This document shows, piece after piece, positions 54,969 to 64,000 of a DNA stretch of 64,000 nt. Source of the stretch: an uncultured Candidatus Binatia bacterium. GTDB lineage: Bacteria; Desulfobacterota; Binatia; UBA9968; JAJDTQ01. The notes below the pieces were generated by a model, which searched no databases, was not told the origin of the DNA, and saw only the letters and a program-made list of their open reading frames with translations. The DNA is taken from assembly GCA_964291295.2 (NCBI GenBank), contig OZ219754.1, positions 32,001 through 96,000 on the forward strand, read 5' to 3'. The translations under genes were made by a program, and so were the position numbers. Numbering within the stretch: the first letter of the stretch is position 1; every line of letters starts with the position of its first letter.

Positions 54969-55799
54969 ATGGCATCCAGCCAACGGTTCACCGCGGTCCT
55001 GTTCGCGCTGGCCGGAGCACTGCTGCTCTGCGGGAACGCGAGCCATGCCGCGGACGGCAGGCACGCCGGCATGATCCTCATCCCCGCCGGGGAGTTCACC
55101 ATGGGCCGCGAAGGCGGTCCGCCCGGAGAGGGGCCGGCCCACAAGGTCTTCCTGCCGGCGTTCTTCATCGACCGGAACCTGGTCACGATGAAGGACTACG
55201 CCAGCTTCATACGGGCCAAGGGACCCACCGGCCCCGGGGGCGAGATGTATCTGGACGTGGCGGATGATGACAACCGGATTCACCTTGTGAGCGATACCTG
55301 GCGGGTAGAGCCTGGCTGGGAAGACCACCCGGCCTCGGAAATGGCCTGGCACGGTGCCGCGGCGTATTGCGGCTGGCTGGAGAAGAGGCTCGTGAGCGAG
55401 GCGGAGTGGGAGAAGGCGGCGCGCGGAACCGACCGGCGGCTCTACCCGTGGGGCAACGGCCCGCCCACCCCGGAGTTGGCCTTCTTTGGCGGTCGGCGCG
55501 GCGAGTCCGTGCCCGTAGGCCGATATCCCGGCGGAGCCAGTCCCTACGGGGTGCTGGACATGGCCGGCCAAGTTGGGGAGTGGACTCGCTCCATCGCGAA
55601 GCCTTACCCCTACGACCCCGGGGACGGGAGAGAGGATCTGTCTTCCCCCTATCCGAGGGTGACCCGCGGCGGCAACGCCGCCAGCGGTCACGAGGGCCTA
55701 ACCGCCACCTCCCGGCACATCGTCGATCCTGGCCGGCAGGCGCGGGGACATGCGTATTACGGCTTTCGCTGCGCATCCAGGGTCGAGATGGTGTTCTGA
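54969..55799 (+). CDS. SUMF1/FGE-sulfatase (EgtB/PvdO-like) domain protein, exported
   Basis: Signal peptide; IPAGEFTMG, EAEWEKAARG, YPWG, DMAG.V.EW, GFRCA. Confidence 0.85.
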   Translation: MASSQRFTAVLFALAGALLLCGNASHAADGRHAGMILIPAGEFTMGREGGPPGEGPAHKVFLPAFFIDRNLVTMKDYASFIRAKGPTGPGGEMYLDVADDDNRIHLVSDTWRVEPGWEDHPASEMAWHGAAAYCGWLEKRLVSEAEWEKAARGTDRRLYPWGNGPPTPELAFFGGRRGESVPVGRYPGGASPYGVLDMAGQVGEWTRSIAKPYPYDPGDGREDLSSPYPRVTRGGNAASGHEGLTATSRHIVDPGRQARGHAYYGFRCASRVEMVF

Positions 55800-55832
55800 A
55801 GCCGGTTCGGTGCAGCGAGGTTCCGGACGCTG

Positions 55833-55872
55833 GTTTCCCCTACCTTGCGTTTCCCCTACCTTGCGTTTCCCC
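55833..55872. repeat. 16-bp tandem repeat (GTTTCCCCTACCTTGC) x2.5
   Basis: Read directly in the intergenic region. Confidence 0.85.
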
Positions 55873-55972
55873 GGCGAGCGGGCTATCTGAAAGCCTCGAA
55901 CCGGCAAACGGCCGTGTGTTTCCCCCCTGACCATGCCCGGGAGTTCCCGCGGCCGCCCACTTCGGAGGTGTC

Positions 55973-57091
55973 ATGGCGCTGTTTTTCCATTCGCAGGACG
56001 TGGATGAACTGGTTTCCTTTCCGGAGGCCGTTTCCATCACCGAAACGGCGCTCCGGCAGACCGTCACGCCCGAGGGTGTGAATGCTCCTCGCAAGCGTCT
56101 GAACCTGCACCGGAATGTGGGCGAGCCGCCCTTCGACACCGTGCTCAACATCTACGCCGGGGGGGCCGCGACCTACGGCGCCCTGGGCGCCCAGGTGGCG
56201 CTGCACCGCAAGGCCATCATCGGCGATCAGCAACGGCGGCCGCCATACAATCCCGACCAGACCGAACTGGCCGTGATCTACGACGCCGACTCCGGGACAC
56301 TGCTGGGAATCATGGCGCATCGCCCCAAGCACGCGGCCGGCGTCGCCGACCTGCGGACGCCGGCCACGAGCCTCGTGGGCCTGGACCGGCTCGCCAGGGC
56401 CGATGCCCGGAGGGTCGGGATCTATGGATCCGGCAACCAGGCCTACTCCACCTTCGTGGGATTGACCGAGCTCCGGGAGGTGGAGAGCGCCAAGGTGTTC
56501 AGCCCCACGCCATCGCACCGGGAGGCCTTTGCCAGGAAGATGACGGCCATCACCGGAGTACCGGTCCAGCCTGTGGCGGAAGCCCCCCGGGCCGCCCAGG
56601 ACGTGGACATCGTGCTGTGCATGACCAACACCAACGTTCCGGTCATCGACGGCTCGTGGCTGGAGCCGGGCCAGTACATCATTTCGGTCATCGGCAGCAA
56701 CATCGAGCTGGTGAAGAGCGGCAATCTCGACAAGCCCCGCCGCGAGATCGACGACGGGACCCTCAGACGGTGCGATTTCATCGTCGCCCTGTCCCGGGAA
56801 CAGGCGGTGGACTCGCAGCAGGGCGACATCTACTGGCCGGTCCAGGAAGGCGTCCTTTCCTGGGACAAAGTCGTTGATATCGCTGATATTCTGACCGGAA
56901 AGGCCCCCGGGCGCACGAACGACGACCAGATCCTGCTGTACAAGAACCAAGGCGGCCAGGGCATCGTCGATCTGGCCTTGGCCAAGAGACTTTACGACTT
57001 GGCGCGCGAGCACGGCAAGGGGTTCGAGCTCGCCATCCGGCCGCGGGAGAACTGGTGGGTTCAGGGCGGAAGGGAAGACTACTGGACGTGA
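55973..57091 (+). CDS. Ornithine cyclodeaminase/mu-crystallin family protein
   Basis: LRTPA.S, GIYGSGNQA, REIDD, PGRT..QI.LYK..G..DLA. Confidence 0.85.
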   Translation: MALFFHSQDVDELVSFPEAVSITETALRQTVTPEGVNAPRKRLNLHRNVGEPPFDTVLNIYAGGAATYGALGAQVALHRKAIIGDQQRRPPYNPDQTELAVIYDADSGTLLGIMAHRPKHAAGVADLRTPATSLVGLDRLARADARRVGIYGSGNQAYSTFVGLTELREVESAKVFSPTPSHREAFARKMTAITGVPVQPVAEAPRAAQDVDIVLCMTNTNVPVIDGSWLEPGQYIISVIGSNIELVKSGNLDKPRREIDDGTLRRCDFIVALSREQAVDSQQGDIYWPVQEGVLSWDKVVDIADILTGKAPGRTNDDQILLYKNQGGQGIVDLALAKRLYDLAREHGKGFELAIRPRENWWVQGGREDYWT

Positions 57092-57234
57092 GCCGGCGCA
57101 CCCGGCCCGCCGTTTCTCGCCGTTTTTCTCGCCATTTGTGTGAGGCAGGCCCCTGCGCTATAAGGTAACCCCGAGTCGGGAGGGAGTTCTGCACGGGGAG
57201 TTCTACACGGTTTCCTGACCTTCTGGGAATTCGG

Positions 57235-57570
57235 ATGGCCAAGACGGATGTACCCGAAACGGTTGTGTGCCCGAACTGTAACCACAACGTCGTTATCCAG
57301 CTCTACCAGGTAGACATCAGCATCAACAGCTCCCAAGGCCACTTCCACACGGTTCATCACCGCCGCGAGCCAGCCTATACCGTCTACTGCATCAACTGCG
57401 GACACTTCATCACCAACGATCCCAAGCCGCCGAAGCCGGCCAAGTCCGGCGCAGCCGCGGCGGCGGCCGAAACGCCCAAGGCCGAAAAGCGCGCCTCCGT
57501 GAAGCGGGAGACCGCACGGTCGGGCAGCCAGGATGCGGGCAAGGCCCCAAGGAAAAAACGGGAAAAATAG
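57235..57570 (+). CDS. Small putative zinc-ribbon protein with basic tail
   Basis: CPNC...CINC, internal HFHTVHH, gene-like codon usage; candidate promoter TTGTGT-17-TATAAG upstream. Confidence 0.6.
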   Translation: MAKTDVPETVVCPNCNHNVVIQLYQVDISINSSQGHFHTVHHRREPAYTVYCINCGHFITNDPKPPKPAKSGAAAAAAETPKAEKRASVKRETARSGSQDAGKAPRKKREK

Positions 57571-57581
57571 AAGGGCAACGC

Positions 57582-59339
57582 ATGGTCGTGAACGAGTCGG
57601 TCCGGAAGTTCGTCATGGAGGCGGCCGCCATGTGTCGCCCGGATGATGTGGTGTGGTGCGACGGCTCGGAAGAGGAGAAGGAGCGGCTTGTCCAGGTGGC
57701 CGTCCGGGTCGGAGACCTCATCCCCCTGGATCAGAAGAAACTGCCCGGCTGCTACCTCCACCGCAGCGCCGCCAACGACGTGGCGCGCACCGAGCACCTG
57801 ACCTTCGTGTGCTCGCGCGAACAGAACGACGCCGGTCCCTCCAACAACTGGATGGCGCCGGACGAAGCCTACGACCGGCTCGGCCGACTCTACGACGGAT
57901 CCATGGCCGGTCGGACCATGTACGTCCTCCCCTTTCTCATGGGACCCCCCGGCTCTCCCTTCAGCAAGGTCGGCATCGAGGTCACCGACAGCGTCTATGT
58001 CGCCTTGAGCATGCGGGCCATGACCCGCATGGGCGACGTCGCCCTCAGCCACCTGGGCGACTCGGACGACTTCACCCGGGGACTTCACTCCAAGGCGGAC
58101 CTGCACATCGACCGGCGTTTCATCTGCCACTTTCCGGAAGCGAATACCATATGGAGCGTGGGGTCCGGGTACGGCGGGAACGCGTTGCTGGCCAAGAAGT
58201 GCATGGCGCTGCGGCTGGCCAGCGCCCTGGGGGCACGGGAAGGCTGGCTCGCCGAGCACATGATGATCGTCGGCATCCAGAGTCCGGAGGGCGAGACCAC
58301 CTACATCTGCGGCGCCCTGCCCAGCGCCTGCGGCAAGACCAACCTCGCCATGCTGGTGCCGCCCGAGTCCATGAAGGGCTGGCGGGTGTTCACGGTGGGC
58401 GACGACATCGCATGGCTGCGTGTGGGCGACGACGGTCGATTGTGGGCGGTGAATCCGGAAGCCGGGTTCTTCGGCGTGGTCCCCGGCACCAACTCCAGCA
58501 CCAATCCCAACGCCGTGCGCACGATCCGGAAGAACACCATCTTCACCAACGTCGGGCTCAAGCCCGACGGCGGCGTGTGGTGGGAGGGGCACGACGACCC
58601 GGTACCGGGAAGCGTCACCGACTGGCGCGGGCGCCCCTGGAACACCACCCGGGAGGGATCCGTCGCTCATCCCAACAGCCGGTTCACGGTCCCCGCCGGC
58701 GAGTGCCCGTCCATCGCCCCGGAGCGGGAGAATCCTGGCGGCGTCCCCATCAGCGCCATTCTGTTCGGCGCCCGGCGCCAGAAGCTCGTCCCCCTGGTGT
58801 ACGAAGCCTTCGACTGGTCCCACGGAACCTTCCTCGGCGCCACCCTGGCGTCCGAGACCACCGCAGCCGCCACCGGAGCGGTGGGAGTGGTGCGGCGCGA
58901 CCCCATGGCGATGCTCCCGTTCTGCGGCTACAACATGGGCGACTACTGGAATCACTGGCTCTCCATGGGCAGGCGGCTGACCCGTCCGCCCAGGATCTTC
59001 CGCGTGAACTGGTTCCAGAGAGATGACCAGGGCCGCTTCCTCTGGCCCGGCTTCGGTGAAAACCTGCGCGTGTTGCAGTGGATCATCGAACGTTCGCGGA
59101 ACGACGGAGCAGCGGACGAGACCCCCATCGGCTACCTTCCCAGGCCCACCGGCATCAACCGCAAGGGCACCGGCGTGCCGAGCGCGGCCATGAGCCGGTT
59201 GCTTCGCGTGGACCGTGACGGCTGGCGCAGGAACCTGCGGAGCCAGTCGGAGTTCTTCGAGAAATTCGGAGACCGGCTGCCGTCGGGCATCCGGGAGCAG
59301 CACGCCGGCCTCCGGCAAAGGCTCCGGGCGGCCAGATAA
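57582..59339 (+). CDS. pckG: Phosphoenolpyruvate carboxykinase (GTP)
   Basis: GSGYGGNALL.KKC, PSACGKTNLAM, GDDIAW, HPNSRF, RRDPMAMLPFCGYN. Confidence 0.97.
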   Translation: MVVNESVRKFVMEAAAMCRPDDVVWCDGSEEEKERLVQVAVRVGDLIPLDQKKLPGCYLHRSAANDVARTEHLTFVCSREQNDAGPSNNWMAPDEAYDRLGRLYDGSMAGRTMYVLPFLMGPPGSPFSKVGIEVTDSVYVALSMRAMTRMGDVALSHLGDSDDFTRGLHSKADLHIDRRFICHFPEANTIWSVGSGYGGNALLAKKCMALRLASALGAREGWLAEHMMIVGIQSPEGETTYICGALPSACGKTNLAMLVPPESMKGWRVFTVGDDIAWLRVGDDGRLWAVNPEAGFFGVVPGTNSSTNPNAVRTIRKNTIFTNVGLKPDGGVWWEGHDDPVPGSVTDWRGRPWNTTREGSVAHPNSRFTVPAGECPSIAPERENPGGVPISAILFGARRQKLVPLVYEAFDWSHGTFLGATLASETTAAATGAVGVVRRDPMAMLPFCGYNMGDYWNHWLSMGRRLTRPPRIFRVNWFQRDDQGRFLWPGFGENLRVLQWIIERSRNDGAADETPIGYLPRPTGINRKGTGVPSAAMSRLLRVDRDGWRRNLRSQSEFFEKFGDRLPSGIREQHAGLRQRLRAAR

Positions 59340-59364
59340 CCGGCACCCGTCACTGCCTCGCCGT

Positions 59365-59419
59365 TGCCTGCTTGTGGGGCAATTGCCTGCTTGTTGGGCA
59401 ATTGCCCGACTATTGGGCG
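59365..59419. promoter_or_regulatory. Three tandem NtrC-like enhancer sites
   Basis: TGCC-N9-GGC(A/G) at 59365, 59384 and 59403 (19-bp period), ~80-130 bp upstream of the sigma54 promoter. Confidence 0.65.
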
Positions 59420-59496
59420 GCGCTGCGCGAGTCACCCAGGCGGCCTGCACCCACCAACATCCCGCCCCGTCAAGGGATACGCCCGGTACGAATACT

Positions 59497-59512
59497 TGGC
59501 ACGCACTTTGCT
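59497..59512 (+). promoter_or_regulatory. Sigma54 (-24/-12) promoter of amtB-glnK
   Basis: TGGCAC-GCACT-TTGCT matches TGGCAC-N5-TTGC. Confidence 0.85.
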
Positions 59513-59584
59513 TTGTCCCCTTCCCGTTGGCCGGCCTTGTACGGTGCCGGCGCGGAAAAACACTCTTTTCGATGGGGGGACAAA

Positions 59585-60814
59585 GTGGCGCAAATCAACA
59601 GCGGTGACACCGCCTGGATACTCATCTGTTCGGCTCTGGTCCTGATGATGACCCTTCCGGGGCTGTTTCTCTTCTACGGCGGCCTGGTGCGAAGCAAGAA
59701 CGTGCTGGGCACCATCATGCAGAGCTTCACGGCGGCAGGCCTGATCAGCATCATGTGGGTGCTCTGGGGCTATACCATGGCCTTTGGTCCGGACGTGGGC
59801 GGCATCGTCGGAAACCTCGACTGGTTCGCCCTCGACGGGGTGGGCGCCGAGCCCAATCCGGACCTCGTGGCCGGGGTTCCGCACCTGGCGTTCATGGTCT
59901 TCCAGATGATGTTCGCCATCATCACGCCGGCGCTGATCACCGGCGCATTCGCCGAGCGCGCCAAGTTCAGCACATTCATCGTGTTCGTGCTGTCGTGGAG
60001 CACCCTCATCTACGCGCCGCTGTGCCACTGGGTGTGGGGCGGCGGCTGGATGGGCGCCATGGGCGCCCTGGATTTCGCCGGCGGCACCGTGGTCCATATC
60101 AGTTCGGGAGTCTCCGCACTCGCCGCCGCCATGGTCTACGGCGCACGCAAGGGTTACGGACGGGACGCGCTGGTGCCCCACAACCTGCCGTTCGCCGTCA
60201 TCGGCGCATCGCTCCTGTGGGTGGGGTGGTTCGGCTTCAACGCCGGCAGCGCGCTGGCCGCCGACGGCCTGGCGGCCACCGCGTTCGTCACCACCAACAC
60301 CGCGGCGGCGGCGGCGGCGCTGACCTGGATGTTCACGGAATGGGCCAGCGGGGGCAAGCCGACCCTGCTTGGAGCGGCCACCGGCGCGGTGGCCGGGCTC
60401 GTCTCCATCACGCCGGCGGCCGGTTTCGTGAGTCCGGTTTCCGCCATCATCATCGGCGCGGGCGGCGGCGTCCTGTGCTACGCGGCCTGCAACCTCAAGG
60501 CCCGCATGGGCTACGACGATTCGCTGGACGTGGTGGGCGTGCATGGCGTGGGCGGGATCTGGGGCGCCTTGGCCACCGGCCTGTTCGCCTCCACGGTGGT
60601 GAACTCCGGCGGTGCCGACGGGCTTTTTTTCGGCAACCCCGGGCAACTCTGGATCCAGTTCGTCGGCGTGGCGGCCACCATGATCTTCGCTTTCGTGGGC
60701 ACCTTGATCATTCTCGGTGTTCTGAATGCAACCATGGGCCTTCGCGTGTCCGACGACGAAGAGCAGATGGGCCTGGATTTGAGTCAGCACGAGGAGCGGG
60801 GGTATAGCTGGTAG
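59585..60814 (+). CDS. amtB: Ammonium transporter
   Basis: GDTAW..LV.MM..PGL.LFYGG, FQMMFAIIT, DFAGGTVVH, GWFGFNAGS, DD.LDV.GVHG. Confidence 0.96.
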   Translation: MAQINSGDTAWILICSALVLMMTLPGLFLFYGGLVRSKNVLGTIMQSFTAAGLISIMWVLWGYTMAFGPDVGGIVGNLDWFALDGVGAEPNPDLVAGVPHLAFMVFQMMFAIITPALITGAFAERAKFSTFIVFVLSWSTLIYAPLCHWVWGGGWMGAMGALDFAGGTVVHISSGVSALAAAMVYGARKGYGRDALVPHNLPFAVIGASLLWVGWFGFNAGSALAADGLAATAFVTTNTAAAAAALTWMFTEWASGGKPTLLGAATGAVAGLVSITPAAGFVSPVSAIIIGAGGGVLCYAACNLKARMGYDDSLDVVGVHGVGGIWGALATGLFASTVVNSGGADGLFFGNPGQLWIQFVGVAATMIFAFVGTLIILGVLNATMGLRVSDDEEQMGLDLSQHEERGYSW

Positions 60815-61192
<378 letters not shown>

Positions 61193-61223
61193 CGCCGGAA
61201 GGAGCGGACTTCGGAGTTCCCCG

Positions 61224-62099
61224 ATGTTGCTGCGTTTCATCACTTTCGGAGAGAACCCCGCCGTCGTCATCGGACGAGGGCGGGGGCTCTTCGCCTCCCG
61301 CGGCCTGGAGGTGGAAACCACCCTCACGCGCAGTTCCACGGAGCAGATGCGCGGCCTGAGCGACGGGACCTGGGACATCGCATCCACCGCCTTCGACAAC
61401 GTGCTTGCCTGGTCCGGGCGCGAGGGCGCCGACATCCACGCCGTCGCGCAGGCGTCCCGGCGCATGTCCTTGCCGGTGTACGTACGCCCCGAGATCGCCG
61501 TTTGGGAGGATCTGCGGGGACGAACGCTGGCGGTGGACGCGGTGGACACGGCCTACGCCCTGGTGTTGCGGAAGATACTGCTGGCCCACGACCTGGACCT
61601 GGACCGGGGCGACTACCGACTCGACGGCGTCGGCGCCACCGGGCCGCGCTTCGAGTCCATGACCGGCGGCAAGACCTTTGCCGGCATCCTCAACCCCCCT
61701 TGGGACAAGCGGGCCGAAGAGGCGGGCCTGAAACGGATGGCGGACTACCGCGAGGTGTTGCCCGACTATCCGGGCGGGGTGTTCGCCGTAACCACCCGGT
61801 GGGCGGAGGCCCGCCGGCCCGACCTCGTGGCCTTTCTCAAGTGCCTCAGGGAAGCTGCGGACTGGGGCAACGATCCCGCCAACCGCGCTGGCGCGCTGGC
61901 ATTGCTGCGCGACGGCCAGGGCATCGACGACGCACGGGCGGCCGGGGAGCTGGCCTCGCTGCCGGCAACCACGGCGCTCGATCCGGGCGGTCTTCACGTG
62001 CCCCTGGAACTCCGGGTGTCGTTCGGCATGGCTCCCGGGAAAGGCACGGACCTGACCACCTACTACGACCTTCAGTACCACGCCGAGGCCGCTGGCTGA
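61224..62099 (+). CDS. NMT1/SsuA-like substrate-binding protein
   Basis: GLFA..GLEVE, TAFDNV, DLRG.TLAVDA..T.YA; no clear signal peptide. Confidence 0.7.
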   Translation: MLLRFITFGENPAVVIGRGRGLFASRGLEVETTLTRSSTEQMRGLSDGTWDIASTAFDNVLAWSGREGADIHAVAQASRRMSLPVYVRPEIAVWEDLRGRTLAVDAVDTAYALVLRKILLAHDLDLDRGDYRLDGVGATGPRFESMTGGKTFAGILNPPWDKRAEEAGLKRMADYREVLPDYPGGVFAVTTRWAEARRPDLVAFLKCLREAADWGNDPANRAGALALLRDGQGIDDARAAGELASLPATTALDPGGLHVPLELRVSFGMAPGKGTDLTTYYDLQYHAEAAG

Positions 62100-62169
62100 C
62101 GCGGTCCGCGGCCGGGCTGCGTATTTGAAGCGCCGCCCGATTTGTAGTAGCTATTCGGTCTCCGTTGCC

Positions 62170-64000
62170 ATGCCGAGACACAGCAGCCAGAAACCGGCGC
62201 CGCCGCTGCGCAACAAGGAGATCAGCTGGCTGGCGTTCAACGGGCGCGTCCTTCAGGAGGCAGCCGACACGTCGGTGCCACTACTGGAACGGCTGAGCTT
62301 CCTCGGCATCTTCTCGTCCAACCTCGACGAGTTCTTTCGCGTCCGGGTGGCCCACCTCCGGCGTCTTGAATCGTTCGGCCCGGGTGCCCGGAAGCTCGTG
62401 GGCGACGACCCGCCGGCGGTCCTGAAAGAGATCCACGCCGTCGTCCTGAAGCAGCAGGCGCTGTTCGAAAGCACCTATCGAAGCATCCTCGGGGAGCTCC
62501 ACCAACATGGCATCTCCATCATCGGGGAGAACGACCTCAATCCCGCCCAGGAAGCCTTCATCAGGGATTTCTACCGGCAGCGGCTGCGGCCAAGCCTGAT
62601 TCCCCTGATGGTCAATCATCTTGAGAAATTTCCGCAGTTGAAGGACCAGGCGATCTATCTGGCCATCTCCCTGTACAGCAGCAAGTCGCGCCGGTCGGAA
62701 TACGCGTTGATCGAGATTCCCACCGACGTGTTGTCGCGCTTCGTCATCCTGCCCAGGGTCGGCAACCGGGAGTACGTGATCCTGCTGGACGACGTCATCC
62801 GGTACTGTCTGAAGGAGATCTTCTCGATCTTTCCCTTCGACCAGTTCGAGGCCTACACCATCAAGCTCACGCGGGACGCGCAACTCGACCTCGACGACGA
62901 CCTCTACGGGAGCTACATCGAGAAGATCTCCAAGGGCCTCAAGCAGAGAAAGTCCGGGGCTCCGGTGCGGTTCATCTACGACAACCAGATCCCCCGGCGG
63001 CTGCTGAAGCTGCTCCAGCACAAGATGGGCCTCAACACCGGGTCCGGCCCGTTCATCCCCGGCGGGCGCTACCACAACTTCAAGGATTTCATGGGCTTCC
63101 CGCGCATCGGGCCGAAGCAGTTGTCGGCACCGCCGGTGCTGCCGCTGGGCCACGCCGACGTCGACGCGGCGCCCACGTTCTTCAAGGCCGTCCGCCGCCG
63201 GGACATCCTGCTGCACTATCCGTATCAGACCTTCGACTACCTCATCGAGTTCCTGCGGCAGGCCGCCATCGACCCCAAGGTCCGTTCCATCAAGATGACG
63301 CTGTACCGGGTGGCCCGCAACTCGAAGGTGGTCAACGCCCTGATCAACGCCAGCCGCAACGGCAAGCGAGTCACGGTGGTCATGGAGTTGCAGGCGCGCT
63401 TCGACGAGGCCGACAACGTCTACTGGTCGGAGCGGCTTCAGGAAGAAGGGGTTCGGGTCATCAACGGCGTGCCGGGACTCAAGGTCCATGCCAAGCTGAT
63501 CCTCATCACCCGCGTGTCGCATCGAAAGACCGTGCTCTATGCCAACATCGGCACCGGCAACTTCAACGAGACCACCGCGCGGGTCTATACCGATGACAGC
63601 CTGTTCACCGCCGACGAGCGCATCACCGTGGAGGTGAGCCGGGTGTTCGGCTTTCTCGAGAGCAACTACCGGCGCACCAACTTCAAGCACCTGCTGGTCT
63701 CGCCCTACGACACCCGCCGCAAGCTCACGAAGCTCATCGACACCGAGATCAAGAACGCCCGCAAGGGCCGGCCGGCCCATATCATCCTCAAGGTCAACAA
63801 CCTTGAGGACGCGGGCCTGATCCGGAAGCTCTACGAGGCCCATGAAGCGGGGGTCGCGTTGAGGCTCATGGTGCGCGGGATGTTCTCGCTGATCCCGGGC
63901 GTGAAGAACTTCAGCGAGGGCATCGAGGCCACGGCCATCCTCGACCGCTTCCTCGAACACTCCCGGGTGATGGCTTTCGCCAACGGCGGCGACGAGAAAC
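62170..64000 (+). CDS. ppk1: Polyphosphate kinase 1 (runs off window end)
   Basis: Not in the ORF track because there is no stop. Manual translation gives NKEISWLAFNGRVLQEA..ERL.FLGIFSSNLDEFFRVRV, LHYPY, TLYRVA, KVHAKL, DRFLEHSR. Confidence 0.96.
   Translation, partial: MPRHSSQKPAPPLRNKEISWLAFNGRVLQEAADTSVPLLERLSFLGIFSSNLDEFFRVRVAHLRRLESFGPGARKLVGDDPPAVLKEIHAVVLKQQALFESTYRSILGELHQHGISIIGENDLNPAQEAFIRDFYRQRLRPSLIPLMVNHLEKFPQLKDQAIYLAISLYSSKSRRSEYALIEIPTDVLSRFVILPRVGNREYVILLDDVIRYCLKEIFSIFPFDQFEAYTIKLTRDAQLDLDDDLYGSYIEKISKGLKQRKSGAPVRFIYDNQIPRRLLKLLQHKMGLNTGSGPFIPGGRYHNFKDFMGFPRIGPKQLSAPPVLPLGHADVDAAPTFFKAVRRRDILLHYPYQTFDYLIEFLRQAAIDPKVRSIKMTLYRVARNSKVVNALINASRNGKRVTVVMELQARFDEADNVYWSERLQEEGVRVINGVPGLKVHAKLILITRVSHRKTVLYANIGTGNFNETTARVYTDDSLFTADERITVEVSRVFGFLESNYRRTNFKHLLVSPYDTRRKLTKLIDTEIKNARKGRPAHIILKVNNLEDAGLIRKLYEAHEAGVALRLMVRGMFSLIPGVKNFSEGIEATAILDRFLEHSRVMAFANGGDEK

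Overview
High-GC bacterial chromosome segment. Gene content and style suggest a Deltaproteobacteria/Binatia-like organism, possibly a sponge-associated MAG; this is inference only. Core genes: serS, yraN, rnhB, gatC, gatA, gatB, argJ, secA, hflK, hflC, pckG, amtB, glnK and a partial ppk1. These are interleaved with catabolic and transport genes (LLM monooxygenase, nitrilase, amidohydrolase, liv-type ABC transporter, TctC, thiolase) and two defence islands. Island 1 (~6.6-15.2 kb) holds a degraded integrase/IS, HigBA, a ~1470-aa single-polypeptide nuclease-helicase-methyltransferase (Type ISP-like) with an in-frame G20 tract, and an AlbA_2/Schlafen protein. Island 2 (~25.7-34.9 kb, between gatA and gatB) holds an S8-autotransporter remnant and a Type I RM operon interrupted by an HTH-IrrE protease plus PIN-like (DUF4411) cassette, preceded by a duplicated hsdR 5' end. 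Other notable signals are a SecA with a ~260-aa helical insertion, a tandem repeat made of Shine-Dalgarno-containing units, and many intergenic micro-repeats. No tRNA, rRNA or CRISPR array was recognised. Family assignments are from motif recognition by eye; no searches were run.
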